From the IMG/VR virus record IMGVR_UViG_3300031760_000002, positions 96,001 to 160,000 of that record: a DNA stretch of 64,000 nt. One strand, given 5' to 3'. Position 1 is the stretch's first letter. The number at the start of each line of letters is the position of its first letter. A model generated the notes under the pieces. The model was given only the letters and a program-made list of their open reading frames with translations. It did no database searches and was not told the DNA's origin. The stretch is from a virus. Taxonomy: Duplodnaviria > Caudoviricetes. The translations under genes were made by a program, and so were the position numbers. This document shows positions 28,868 through 38,022 of the stretch, piece after piece.

Positions 28868-30072
28868 TGATTATCCGAAATCTCTGTGAACAGGACGACG
28901 TTGACACCTGCTCTGAGTTCGGAATTGAAATCCGAACCGATGTCGATTGTTTCCGTTGCCGGCAGCGTCAGTTCGTAAACAGAACCTGTCCCTGTCACGA
29001 CGTACCGAACGATGAAGTCACGTGCATAACCATCTACTTTTGGCGGGAGCAATAGCTTTATAGAACGTCCTGCGCTACCTGTGTCTTTGGAAAAGCTGTT
29101 GATTGCCCTGTCTTCAATGTCTACAACATACCCGTTGTCGTACCGGACTGTTTGCGACACGAGCTTGTACCGAAGGTCGGCAATGTTCGCCTTCCCGGAT
29201 ATGTCGGGTATTTTCTGTACAACAGTCCTCTTCTTGAAGTGAGAGGCGTCCCACGCGCCAGCCGCATGAGCCGTCGTGCACTCGTAGAGCATTCCGAAGC
29301 GCATGCAGAGCGCGCCGACGGCGTAGGCGGTCGTCTCGGAGAACGGAGCGGCAATCGCGTCTTGAAACGCGAGCGACCGCGTCCAAGACAGGTTCAGCGC
29401 CGCGTCGATTGCTTCCTGGATCGTGGCCGTTGTCGGAAGGCCAAGCTCGTTTCTGATATCGTCTGGCGTGAGGTTGTCCGACATCGTCAGCCCAACGGCT
29501 TCCGCAAGGTCGTCCCAGTCCTCGATTGGGCCATCATAACCGCCGCCATGCGTGACTTCAACCGTTCCGTCGTTCGTTGCCACGGCGGTTGTGTCCCCGT
29601 CCTGCGACACGAGATGGTCGAATGAATCCGGGATCTGGTCGGTGGTAGCAAGGACCTTCGTATCGTCCCTGGACACCGATATCGAGCCTACAAGAGTAAC
29701 AGTAGACGTATCAATCGCCACGGACGGAGAATCGGAATCGAAATTCTCAATGGCAAATCCTACACTGGCCTGGCTTCCTGCGCCGTCTGACACCATCACA
29801 AAGTGCGTCCCGTCTAAAATAACATAGTTGAACGTGTAGCCATACTTCACGACCTCCCAGTTGTACGTATTAACCCTGACGGCATCGTTCTCGAAGTCGA
29901 CGACAGAGTCTTCTGAGAACGAAACGGCATACGATGTTACGGTATTTGTCAAAGACGTACCGGACGCGAAAGTTACAATCGGTCTGGATAGCGGGTTATC
30001 AGGGATGACGACGCCACCGCCTCCCTTGGTGATGACCTTAAAGTCCTCGTTCTGCGCAAGCTTGATGTTCAT
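28834..30072 (-). CDS. tail fibre-like protein with CBM5/12-like module
   Basis: FSETTAYAVGALC...GMLYECTTAHAAGAWDASHF. Confidence 0.55.
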   Translation of the reverse strand: MNIKLAQNEDFKVITKGGGGVVIPDNPLSRPIVTFASGTSLTNTVTSYAVSFSEDSVVDFENDAVRVNTYNWEVVKYGYTFNYVILDGTHFVMVSDGAGSQASVGFAIENFDSDSPSVAIDTSTVTLVGSISVSRDDTKVLATTDQIPDSFDHLVSQDGDTTAVATNDGTVEVTHGGGYDGPIEDWDDLAEAVGLTMSDNLTPDDIRNELGLPTTATIQEAIDAALNLSWTRSLAFQDAIAAPFSETTAYAVGALCMRFGMLYECTTAHAAGAWDASHFKKRTVVQKIPDISGKANIADLRYKLVSQTVRYDNGYVVDIEDRAINSFSKDTGSAGRSIKLLLPPKVDGYARDFIVRYVVTGTGSVYELTLPATETIDIGSDFNSELRAGVNVVLFTEISDNHWLVGVKGAES

Positions 30073-30317
30073 TCGTCGCTGCCCTCCTCTCGGCCTGGGC
30101 GCATTGGCGGCTCTGGCCTAGCCTTCGGGTCCTTCATTCCGATGGACTCCCAGAACGCGGCACGCTCCTCGGCGGTGAACTCGCGCTCATCGTAGTTGTC
30201 GATAGAGTCGCCGACGCCGAGGTCGACGCCGTCGCCCAGGACAACGTTGTCCGACTTGCGGACGAACATCCTGCCGTCGTCGGCCAGGTAAAGATTCGTT
30301 CCCTCTTCGTGCTTCAT
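30069..30317 (-). CDS. small fibre-associated protein
   Basis: 82 aa; LYLADDGRMF...V.LG..DS.DNYDE. Confidence 0.55.
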   Translation of the reverse strand: MKHEEGTNLYLADDGRMFVRKSDNVVLGDGVDLGVGDSIDNYDEREFTAEERAAFWESIGMKDPKARPEPPMRPGREEGSDE

Positions 30318-30326
30318 CGCGTCTCC

Positions 30327-33278
30327 CTAGACTGAGATTGTTTCGGAGTTCGCCGGCCTGTACTCCGTCCTGAACGTCTGTCCGACCCTGGAGTCCGAGA
30401 TCGTCTTGTCCGAGACCCCGCTGCATACGACGACGTTCTGGAAGTACGCCGAGGAGGTCGTCGTTCCGGTTGGGTTCAGATACACGTTTTTGACACCAGG
30501 CTCCATCTTGATCCACCTACAGTACGACTTTGTAGCGGATGATGTTCCGAACGCGTTGGAGGAGCATTCGCCCATGAACGTGTTGGCGTAACAGCTGCTG
30601 CCGAATGTGTTGGAGTAACAGCTGCTGCCGAACGTGTTGTAGTTGCAGTCGCTGCCGAACGTGTTGGAGGAGCAGTAGCTCCCGAACGTGTTGGAGGAGC
30701 AGTAGCCCCCGAACGTGTTGTAGTTGCAGCCGCTCCCGAACGTGTTGGAGGAGCAGTTGTTATCGAACGTGTTGGAGGAGCAGTCGCTGCCGAACGTGTT
30801 GGAGTAGCATTCGCTGCCGAACGTGTTGGATAAGCAGTTGTTATCGAACGTGTTGGAGTAGCATTCGCTGCCGAACGTGTTGGATGAGCAGCTGCCGCCT
30901 AACGTGTTGGATGAGCAGTTGCTACCGAACGTGTTGGATGAGCAGATGCCGCCTAACGTGTTGGATGAGCAGTCGCTTCCGAACGTGTTGTAGGAGCAGT
31001 TGCCGCCTAACGTGTTGGAGTAACAATTGATCTCGAACGTGTTATAGGAGCAGGAGCTATCGAACGTGCTGTAGGAGCAGGAGCCCCCGAACGTGTTTGA
31101 GGAGCAGGAGCTCCCGAACGTGTTGTAGTTGCAATAGCTACCGAACGTGTTGGAGGAGCAGTTGCTACCGAACGTGTTGTAGTTGCAATAGCTACCGAAC
31201 GTGTTGGAGGAGCAGTCGCTGCCGAACGTGTTGGAGTAGCAGTCGCTGCCGAACGTGTTGGAGTAGCAGTTGTTATCGAACGTGTTGGAGTTGCAGCCGC
31301 TCCCGATAAACACTATGCCGTTCAACTTCGGCTTAACAGAATAGTGCCAAGGTCCAATCTTGTTTCCGTACACAGTACTCGATGCGGTCAACGACATGTC
31401 GACCGCATTGCCGGACACGATGTCGGAAAACGTGTAGTGCCACTGGCTCGTTGATGCGTCGACGATCAGCACCGTGCCGTTGACCGATATGTTCGAGCCC
31501 TTGTAGGCGAAGCATTTACCTGTTTCCGAATACGAGAACGAACTTACGAGCGATGAAACGTCACTTATCTTCGTGCTCGTGACATTTGTTATGGCCCATC
31601 GCTTGAACTGGATCCCCTTGAAGTCGTACGGGCAATCGTTGCCGAACTCGTCTATCAGCCTGTAGACGACGCCTTTTCCGTTCGTGGAATCCGCCCATGC
31701 GAACCTGTTCGTGTCGTTGTCCAGGCAATACTTCAGCTCCCAAGCCTCGAGATTGCAGCCGTCGAAGTACGTGTCTCCGGCATGCCGAATCGCATACGCG
31801 TTCTCGTTGAGCTTGTTGGTCGAGTCGGCTCTGACGATGATGTCGAAAGGATGGTTTGCAGACTGTGTGTCTGCCTGAACGGTTGTGGCCACATAGTCCG
31901 TAATTCGATACTGCTGCCCAGGAACTAGCGTCCCACCGTCGCGCAACGCCTTTAGCTCAGACCAGGTCTTCTCGACGACCGCCTGTACAAACGACTTGTC
32001 GAGGTTCGCAGACGGAATCTTCCCGTTTCCGTCCACGATTACCGTATCTCTGTACCTGAACGTATTAGACGTGTTAAGGTTCCCAAGCGTGCTCTCGCCA
32101 AGCTGAATGCTGTTCGTACCGGCTGTATCAACGCCGGCCCTCTTACCTATCGCGATAGACCCAGCCGCAAGCGACTTGGCGAATGTTCCAATAGCTATAG
32201 AACTCTCGCCACCGGAGTTTGTTGTATTGCTGTTGTCACCCGCGGAAATCGCTATGGACTTAATCCCGGCGGCCCGGGCTTTGTTGCCTATGCCTACAGA
32301 AAACGGGGAATTCGCCGTGGCATCATTTCCGGCCGCAATTGAGCTACCGCTCTTCCATCGGTTGAACTCGGCCTCCGAGGTGATGTACCCGGCGTCGTTC
32401 GTGAACGCGGACACGTTCGTAGGAACCGTCGGAATGTCGCTCTTGAGCGCGTAGTCACCGGCAGGCTGAAGCGGTTTGTCCGACTGCGAACCAAGTTTGT
32501 ATGAAGAGCTAAGTTTAGTTCTAGTGGCTGAAAATTCAACGCCAGGAGCGCTGTCCATGCCCTGTGCGACTATGGAAGTTCGTGTATCCGTTGGATAATA
32601 GAACTCCGCCAATGAGACACTGGGGGCGGATGAAGGATAGAACTGATAAAAAGTTTTACCAGTCGGGTCAGTTGTAAATCTAACCTTCGCCTCAGTTGTT
32701 ACCTCGCCATTTGCCCTGACAATCCACTCACTGAATTCAGCTATCTCCGTCAGCGTCGCATCGGCCTTGGTGGCTAGGTTGTCCAGGACCGTCTGATCGA
32801 TCTTGGCGGCGGTGACGGCGCCGTCTGGAATCGATATCTTCGCGTCGTCGTCGATTGAGATCCCCTGCCCTGGCGTGAGCTTCTTCTGGTACGCGGCCTG
32901 CGCCTCATCCTTCGTGAGGTACATGTCCATGGACGGGCCTAGCGGATCCCATACGGGGTCGTCGTTGCTGGTGTGGCCGGCGCATGCCACGTTCATGCCG
33001 TCCTCGACGACATTGTACACGTCGCCGACTTCGACTCCGTCCTTCGGCAGGTCTTCGTACGTAGGTACGGACCCCTTCCACCTGAGTACCTTCCCGAGCC
33101 CTGACAGGGCCTCGTCTATCGCGGACCTTATGCCGTCCGACGTAACCGGGTTCGACGACCCGGAGACGGGCTCATCGTCGAACGTAAGCAGGTCCTGCTT
33201 GGCGGACAGCAGCCCGTCGATCTCCTCGATCGAGTAGATCTTCTTTGCAAAGTCGACGAGTCCGAGCTTCTTGGGCAT
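30327..33278 (-). CDS. tail fibre/receptor-binding protein with YadA-head-like repeats and Cys-NTFG beta-solenoid repeats
   Basis: VPTNVSAFTNDAGY linker, SIAIG repeats, ~28 x CxxNTFGxx. Confidence 0.7.
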   Translation of the reverse strand: MPKKLGLVDFAKKIYSIEEIDGLLSAKQDLLTFDDEPVSGSSNPVTSDGIRSAIDEALSGLGKVLRWKGSVPTYEDLPKDGVEVGDVYNVVEDGMNVACAGHTSNDDPVWDPLGPSMDMYLTKDEAQAAYQKKLTPGQGISIDDDAKISIPDGAVTAAKIDQTVLDNLATKADATLTEIAEFSEWIVRANGEVTTEAKVRFTTDPTGKTFYQFYPSSAPSVSLAEFYYPTDTRTSIVAQGMDSAPGVEFSATRTKLSSSYKLGSQSDKPLQPAGDYALKSDIPTVPTNVSAFTNDAGYITSEAEFNRWKSGSSIAAGNDATANSPFSVGIGNKARAAGIKSIAISAGDNSNTTNSGGESSIAIGTFAKSLAAGSIAIGKRAGVDTAGTNSIQLGESTLGNLNTSNTFRYRDTVIVDGNGKIPSANLDKSFVQAVVEKTWSELKALRDGGTLVPGQQYRITDYVATTVQADTQSANHPFDIIVRADSTNKLNENAYAIRHAGDTYFDGCNLEAWELKYCLDNDTNRFAWADSTNGKGVVYRLIDEFGNDCPYDFKGIQFKRWAITNVTSTKISDVSSLVSSFSYSETGKCFAYKGSNISVNGTVLIVDASTSQWHYTFSDIVSGNAVDMSLTASSTVYGNKIGPWHYSVKPKLNGIVFIGSGCNSNTFDNNCYSNTFGSDCYSNTFGSDCSSNTFGSYCNYNTFGSNCSSNTFGSYCNYNTFGSSCSSNTFGGSCSYSTFDSSCSYNTFEINCYSNTLGGNCSYNTFGSDCSSNTLGGICSSNTFGSNCSSNTLGGSCSSNTFGSECYSNTFDNNCLSNTFGSECYSNTFGSDCSSNTFDNNCSSNTFGSGCNYNTFGGYCSSNTFGSYCSSNTFGSDCNYNTFGSSCYSNTFGSSCYANTFMGECSSNAFGTSSATKSYCRWIKMEPGVKNVYLNPTGTTTSSAYFQNVVVCSGVSDKTISDSRVGQTFRTEYRPANSETISV
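30547..31304 (-). repeat. 27-bp coding tandem repeat, ~28 copies (C-x-x-N-T-F-G-x-x)
   Basis: core cgaacgtgttg recurs every 27 nt on the + strand. Confidence 0.92.
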
Positions 33279-33288
33279 CTATGGCCTC

Positions 33289-33741
33289 CTACTTGTCAAG
33301 GAACAGGAGATTGGACCTCTTAGATCCGCTCTTGTTCATCACGAAGAACAGGACCTTCTTGGCCCTGTCGAACCTGGCGCCGTCCCATCCCTTGTAGCCG
33401 TCGTGTATGTTGTCGAACTCGCGGCGCACCCTGTCGACGGAGCCCCATTCCCAGAATCCGCCGTACCACTCGCCGGACTCCTCGAAGAAGATGCAGTTCC
33501 TGGCGTAGGCCTTGTCGTGGGTGTAGCCCCACATCCCGCCTTGCCCGTTGAACGTTATTGCCTTGTTTGACACCGATCCGGAAACGAGCTTGTACCCGCC
33601 GTCCGACGTGTCCTCTTTGGCGGCCGACCCGTTGCATCCGCCGTACTTCCATTGCAGCCTGGAATAGTCAAACGGCTCCTCCTGTTCGATGTCCAGCCAG
33701 CGAAGTATCTTCTTCCAAAGCTTCTTAAGGAACTTCTCCAT
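33289..33741 (-). CDS. hypothetical aromatic-rich protein
   Basis: start reassigned to MEKFLKK, AAGGAGG RBS. Confidence 0.6.
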   Translation of the reverse strand: MEKFLKKLWKKILRWLDIEQEEPFDYSRLQWKYGGCNGSAAKEDTSDGGYKLVSGSVSNKAITFNGQGGMWGYTHDKAYARNCIFFEESGEWYGGFWEWGSVDRVRREFDNIHDGYKGWDGARFDRAKKVLFFVMNKSGSKRSNLLFLDK

Positions 33742-33807
33742 GTATGCCTCCTTGCCGCACGGGGCCGCGGCATGCGCCGCCGTACTGCCGTGCTGCACGA
33801 CAGTATA

Positions 33808-34119
33808 CTATTTGGCGGGCCTCTTTGCAACGGTCGGTATGCGTATGCTCTGGCCGGGTCGTATCGCCAGTGCCGACGGCATCCCGTTCTCCGCCATGAC
33901 GTCGTCCATGGACACGTTGTACTTCCTGGCTATCCCGGAGAGGACCTCCCCGGGCCTTACCGTGTGCCTCCTGGTCGTGAGCCAGTCCTTGAAGATCTCG
34001 GACGCCCTTTGCAGGTTCGGATCACCCGACTCGGCCAGCTTCATAAGTCCAGAAGCCAGTTGTTCGGGAATGCCGAACGACTGGCATCTGGACATGAATC
34101 CGGACTCGTACGGAGTCAT
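33808..34119 (-). CDS. leader + LysM peptidoglycan-binding domain protein
   Basis: MTPYESGFMSRCQSFG...MKLA; HTVRPGEVLSGIARKYNVS...NG...IRPGQSIRIP. Confidence 0.85.
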   Translation of the reverse strand: MTPYESGFMSRCQSFGIPEQLASGLMKLAESGDPNLQRASEIFKDWLTTRRHTVRPGEVLSGIARKYNVSMDDVMAENGMPSALAIRPGQSIRIPTVAKRPAK

Positions 34120-34120
34120 G

Positions 34121-34588
34121 CTAGTAGGCTGTCCCCGCCGGAGGCGTTATCCTGGCCGGGGCTTCCGTTTTCGTTCCAACCGGAAGCGCAGGTTTTCCGT
34201 TTCCGGCGAGCTGGCTGGCCTCAGGCGCACCGGAAAGCTTTCCTCCGGCGTACCCCCCGACGCCACCCACAATACGTCCGAGCCCGCCGCCTAGAAGTGC
34301 GCCTCCAATAGCGCCAACCGGCCCAAGCACGGCCCCGCCAAGCGCCCCCGTGGCCGCTCCGATCCCGGTACCCCACTTGCGGCCCGTGCTCTTGTAGCTC
34401 TCCATCGACCTGTTTGGATCTTTCCTGTTAAACAGGTGGGAAATAAGGCCATATGCGCCTATGCTGCCAAGTCCCCCAAGCAGAAATCGGCCTAAGCCGG
34501 CCTGTTTCCTCATCAGCTGGACGGCCGTGTCTTCATCGACGCCGTACTCGGCGCACTTCGTGAGAAATCCATGTTCGTATGGTGTCAT
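34121..34588 (-). CDS. GFxxKCAE-leader protein with glycine zipper
   Basis: MTPYEHGFLTKCAEYG...RKQA; long GxxxG run. Confidence 0.75.
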   Translation of the reverse strand: MTPYEHGFLTKCAEYGVDEDTAVQLMRKQAGLGRFLLGGLGSIGAYGLISHLFNRKDPNRSMESYKSTGRKWGTGIGAATGALGGAVLGPVGAIGGALLGGGLGRIVGGVGGYAGGKLSGAPEASQLAGNGKPALPVGTKTEAPARITPPAGTAY

Positions 34589-34600
34589 TTTGTCTCCTTT

Positions 34601-35422
34601 TTACAGTAAAGCAAGAATCGATTTTATGTTTTTTGTCCTTGCTTCGTTAGACTTCTGTTTTTTCTGAATACTGTTTCCATATCCGTTCGCAATTGACCCG
34701 GTAAGGATCGTGGGCAGCGAAAAATACGAAACGGCATTGGACTGCACCTGGTTTCTATACGTGTCCAGCGCAGCCTCCCTGATTGGATTTCCCTTGCCCA
34801 ACCCGGCGTTGTCCCATGCCCTGCTCTCCATCCTCACCAAATGGGAATCGTCTGGATGTGCTATGTACCTGAGCACCTGCTTCAGGTCCCTTGGTTTCGA
34901 CAGCAACGACTTGATTACGACGTTCCGCCCATGCCTGGCCACGTCCTCGGCGTGTCCGAGCTCGTGCATGAGCACATAGGGGTTCAGCTCCCCCTTGTTG
35001 CCGAGCGAAACGTACGACATGGCCGGATTGTAATGCGGTCCGTTGAAAACGGGGGACATGATGACCTTGAGCCTGTCGGCCAGCGACGAATTGGACAATA
35101 TATGTTTTCTTATGATATTGCCGTCCTGGTACACCGGAACGGGCCCGCCGAGCCCGTAATTTCCTCCGATCCCCTTGTAGACGGAATCCGCCCATTCGTA
35201 TTTCGGAAGTGACTTTCCCGTCTCCGCCATGTGCCTTGCAACGGCCGCGTCGACCTCGGCCCTGCTTCCGAGCATCCCGGCGCTGATGAGCTTCCTCAAC
35301 CTACGTGCGCGGACGGCTCCACGCAGCGAAAATATAATCGGAGCGGAAACACCGGCCGCCACCAGTGACCGGCCGATGCTCTTCGCCACATTCGAATTGG
35401 TCCTATCTCCTGCCATTGGCAT
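34601..35422 (-). CDS. putative zinc metallopeptidase
   Basis: VLMHELGHA (HExxH) with downstream E..AW; hydrophobic termini. Confidence 0.65.
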   Translation of the reverse strand: MPMAGDRTNSNVAKSIGRSLVAAGVSAPIIFSLRGAVRARRLRKLISAGMLGSRAEVDAAVARHMAETGKSLPKYEWADSVYKGIGGNYGLGGPVPVYQDGNIIRKHILSNSSLADRLKVIMSPVFNGPHYNPAMSYVSLGNKGELNPYVLMHELGHAEDVARHGRNVVIKSLLSKPRDLKQVLRYIAHPDDSHLVRMESRAWDNAGLGKGNPIREAALDTYRNQVQSNAVSYFSLPTILTGSIANGYGNSIQKKQKSNEARTKNIKSILALL

Positions 35423-35427
35423 TTCTT

Positions 35428-35769
35428 CTATACCGATCCGGCAATGCGTTCCACTTCCGGAGCCATACTCTTCGTACGTCTCAGAAAATGGTCTCCCAGG
35501 ACGCCTACGCCGAATCCGGCCCCTATGAACGACGGAACCCTAAGCATCCCGGCCACGTTCGACAGCATGTTCTTTACGCCGGGCTTGGTCGCCTCGCCGC
35601 CAAGCCTGGTGACGAACGGCATTATCCTCTGCCCGAACGGCGAACCGACAAACTTGGTGAAAGCCTGCAGGAACCCCGCCTCCTTGGCGAGGCCGGACGG
35701 GTCTACGCCGGCTTCCGCGCATTTGCACAGGAAGCCGGCGATGTATGCGTCGCACGGATCGGCCTTCAT
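35428..35769 (-). CDS. GFxxKCAE-leader protein
   Basis: AYIAGFLCKCAEAGVD...AKEA. Confidence 0.7.
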   Translation of the reverse strand: MKADPCDAYIAGFLCKCAEAGVDPSGLAKEAGFLQAFTKFVGSPFGQRIMPFVTRLGGEATKPGVKNMLSNVAGMLRVPSFIGAGFGVGVLGDHFLRRTKSMAPEVERIAGSV

Positions 35770-35771
35770 GG

Positions 35772-36389
35772 CTATCTCTGCCCTATGGCCACCGTGTCAA
35801 GGGAAGGATCCTTGCCCTCCCACATCCTGAGCCTTGCGTTGGCGTCGGCGGTAGCGCCTCCGATAAGCGCGCCTCCGCCGAGACCATAGCCAAGGCCCTT
35901 CAACGCCGCTCCTCGCATCATCTTGCCGCCGTATCCGGCAAGACGCGCCATATGCTTTCCGTTCCCCGCATGGCGCATCATCATGGATGCGAGCCTTGCT
36001 CCCTTGCCTCTCGAGAAGAGCGCAAGGGCCACCGCGGCAGGAACGCCCAGCAGCGCGCCCTTCAATGCGCCGCTTCCTGCGCCCTTGAGATCGTTCACGA
36101 TCAGGCGCCGCCTCGTGTAGTCGGTATTGTTGTCGAAGTACCGCTGGTTCCTGTCCATGTTGTTCGTATTTCCGGAAGCGGCCATGGACGCCGGAAGGTC
36201 GGGCATCTTTCCGCCGACCACGTCCGTGTTGAACGCACGGCTCCCAAGGTATCCGAGGCCAAGCCCTCCGGCCAGCATGGCCGGGATCTTCCAGTTGAGC
36301 GCCTTCTTCTCCAGAAGCTTGCTTCCATCTACGCCGTGCTCGGCGCACTTGGTGAGAAATCCGTTGCTGTACCTGTCCTGAACGGTCAT
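35772..36389 (-). CDS. GFxxKCAE-leader protein with three hydrophobic helices
   Basis: start reassigned to MTVQDRYSNGFLTKCAEHG...EKKA; GGAGG RBS. Confidence 0.72.
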   Translation of the reverse strand: MTVQDRYSNGFLTKCAEHGVDGSKLLEKKALNWKIPAMLAGGLGLGYLGSRAFNTDVVGGKMPDLPASMAASGNTNNMDRNQRYFDNNTDYTRRRLIVNDLKGAGSGALKGALLGVPAAVALALFSRGKGARLASMMMRHAGNGKHMARLAGYGGKMMRGAALKGLGYGLGGGALIGGATADANARLRMWEGKDPSLDTVAIGQR

Positions 36390-36406
36390 TTTGTGTACCT
36401 CCGTTG

Positions 36407-37114
36407 TTATTGTATGTAACGTCTTCCGCCCGGCGTGGCGAACGGGTTGCCGGAAGGCTGCTGAGGCGCCGGCGGCTGAAACTGCTGTCCTCGCATCTGA
36501 TCTCCGGCCGACGTTCCACGGATAGGCTGCTGCGGCTGCTGAACCTGGTTGGTGTTCACTACGCCACTTTGTCCACGAACGGGCTGCACGTTCGGATTCC
36601 AGTTCGGGGCCGTATACTTGGCAGCCTCGGTCGTCTGCCACTGGGTGTTTCCACGGGCGAACCTCTGGTTCGGATCCACGTCCTGGATGCCCTTGACGGT
36701 CTCGACCCTGCCGCCGGTATTGAGCCTGTTCACGCCAAGCGTACGGGCGTTCGCGCGATTCTTCTCCTCCTGCATCCTCTGCATGACTTCCTGCGCGTTC
36801 TCGTCGATGCTTCGGCCATACTCCTCCTCCTGCCAGTCCTTGGAGTGGAAGTTCCTGTTGAACCACCTGCCGAGAGCGGTACCGGCCTTTCCGGAATCCT
36901 TCCTGGCCATGAGCTGCTCGAACCTGGCCCTGTCGCCTTCGCTCATGTTCTGGGTATACTGGCCCATGATGTCCTTCTGCGTACCGGTGATGGACTCGTT
37001 CCTATGGCCGTCCGAATCCCAGAAATACGCCCTCTTCATTAGAAAATGCGCAACTTCCTCCGGAATGCCGGATTCGGCGCACTTGGTGAGAAATCCCTGT
37101 TCGTATGGTGTCAT
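36407..37114 (-). CDS. GFxxKCAE-leader protein, Gln/Pro-rich tail
   Basis: MTPYEQGFLTKCAESG...MKRA; AAGGAG RBS. Confidence 0.75.
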   Translation of the reverse strand: MTPYEQGFLTKCAESGIPEEVAHFLMKRAYFWDSDGHRNESITGTQKDIMGQYTQNMSEGDRARFEQLMARKDSGKAGTALGRWFNRNFHSKDWQEEEYGRSIDENAQEVMQRMQEEKNRANARTLGVNRLNTGGRVETVKGIQDVDPNQRFARGNTQWQTTEAAKYTAPNWNPNVQPVRGQSGVVNTNQVQQPQQPIRGTSAGDQMRGQQFQPPAPQQPSGNPFATPGGRRYIQ

Positions 37115-37129
37115 TTTTGTCTCCTTTTT

Positions 37130-37357
37130 CTACGAAATCCCAAATCTAGCCTTCGCCTCTTCCCAATCGCTGTCCGATTTGTTCGCGAAACACCAGGTAT
37201 CGTCCACTATCCTGGACATGAACGCCACCGGTTCTCCCCTGTTGCTGCGAATGACCACGGTCCTTGCCTTGTTCGTGTCAAGCAACGGCCTGTCGAACAC
37301 GTTGTCCGACAGGACCGTAACATTGCCACGGGCGTAGTCTGAACTTTGCTCCGACAT
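37130..37357 (-). CDS. small hypothetical protein
   Basis: 75 aa, coupled to the upstream stop. Confidence 0.55.
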   Translation of the reverse strand: MSEQSSDYARGNVTVLSDNVFDRPLLDTNKARTVVIRSNRGEPVAFMSRIVDDTWCFANKSDSDWEEAKARFGIS

Positions 37358-38022
37358 TAATTAACACCCGGTGTCCTCAGGCTCTGCTGCAGCTTCTTGC
37401 GCCTGAGCGCCTCGACCTTATTGACCGCAGCCTCGAGATTAGGATCATTTCCTGGCTGCCCGGGCATTACCAGGCCAGACCTATGAATTACGGTTCGCTG
37501 GGCGGTCCTCGGTGCAGGGCTTGTAACGGTCCTTGGAGCCGGGCTTGTAACGGTCCTTGGAGCCGGGCTTGTAACGGTTCTTGGTGCAGGGCTTGTAACG
37601 GTCCTGGGCGCAGCGGGCCTTGGCTGTTGAGCCGGCCTCGCCGGATATGGCCTAGGCTGCGGAGCTGGCCTTGGTTGCGGAGCCGGTCTAGCCGGGGCTG
37701 GCCTCGGCTGTGGAGCCGGTCTAGCCGGGGCTGGCCTCGGCTGTGGAGCCGGTCTAGCCGGGGCTGGCCTCGGCTGTGGAGCCGGTTGTGGCGTAGGTTG
37801 AGAGCCACTTGCAGAACCGGTCGGAACGCCTGGAGCCGGCAGATCGTCGCCAGGATGCCAGTTCGGATCCATCAGCCTTGCCTTGTTCTGCTGCCATTGG
37901 TCATGGGTCATTGACTGGCCGCCTATCTGCAGGTCGGACATCTTCAAAAGACCGAAAGCCACTTCCGGGTGAATCCCGAATGCGGCGCACTTGGTTAGAA
38001 ATCCCTGTTCGTATGGTGTCAT
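37357..38022 (-). CDS. GFxxKCA-leader protein with Pro-rich repeats
   Basis: MTPYEQGFLTKCAAFG...LKMS; (PAPQPRPAPAR)x3, (PRTVTSPA)x4. Confidence 0.72.
   Translation of the reverse strand: MTPYEQGFLTKCAAFGIHPEVAFGLLKMSDLQIGGQSMTHDQWQQNKARLMDPNWHPGDDLPAPGVPTGSASGSQPTPQPAPQPRPAPARPAPQPRPAPARPAPQPRPAPARPAPQPRPAPQPRPYPARPAQQPRPAAPRTVTSPAPRTVTSPAPRTVTSPAPRTVTSPAPRTAQRTVIHRSGLVMPGQPGNDPNLEAAVNKVEALRRKKLQQSLRTPGVN
37505..37790 (-). repeat. two coding tandem repeats (33 bp x3, 24 bp x4)
   Basis: near-identical DNA units ggagccggtctagccggggctggcctcggctgt and gggcttgtaacggtccttggagcc. Confidence 0.85.

Noticed and set aside
30547-31304. CRISPR array or DGR variable region
   Set aside because: The period is a strict in-frame 27 nt with no unique spacers, and no cas gene, reverse transcriptase or template repeat is in the window.
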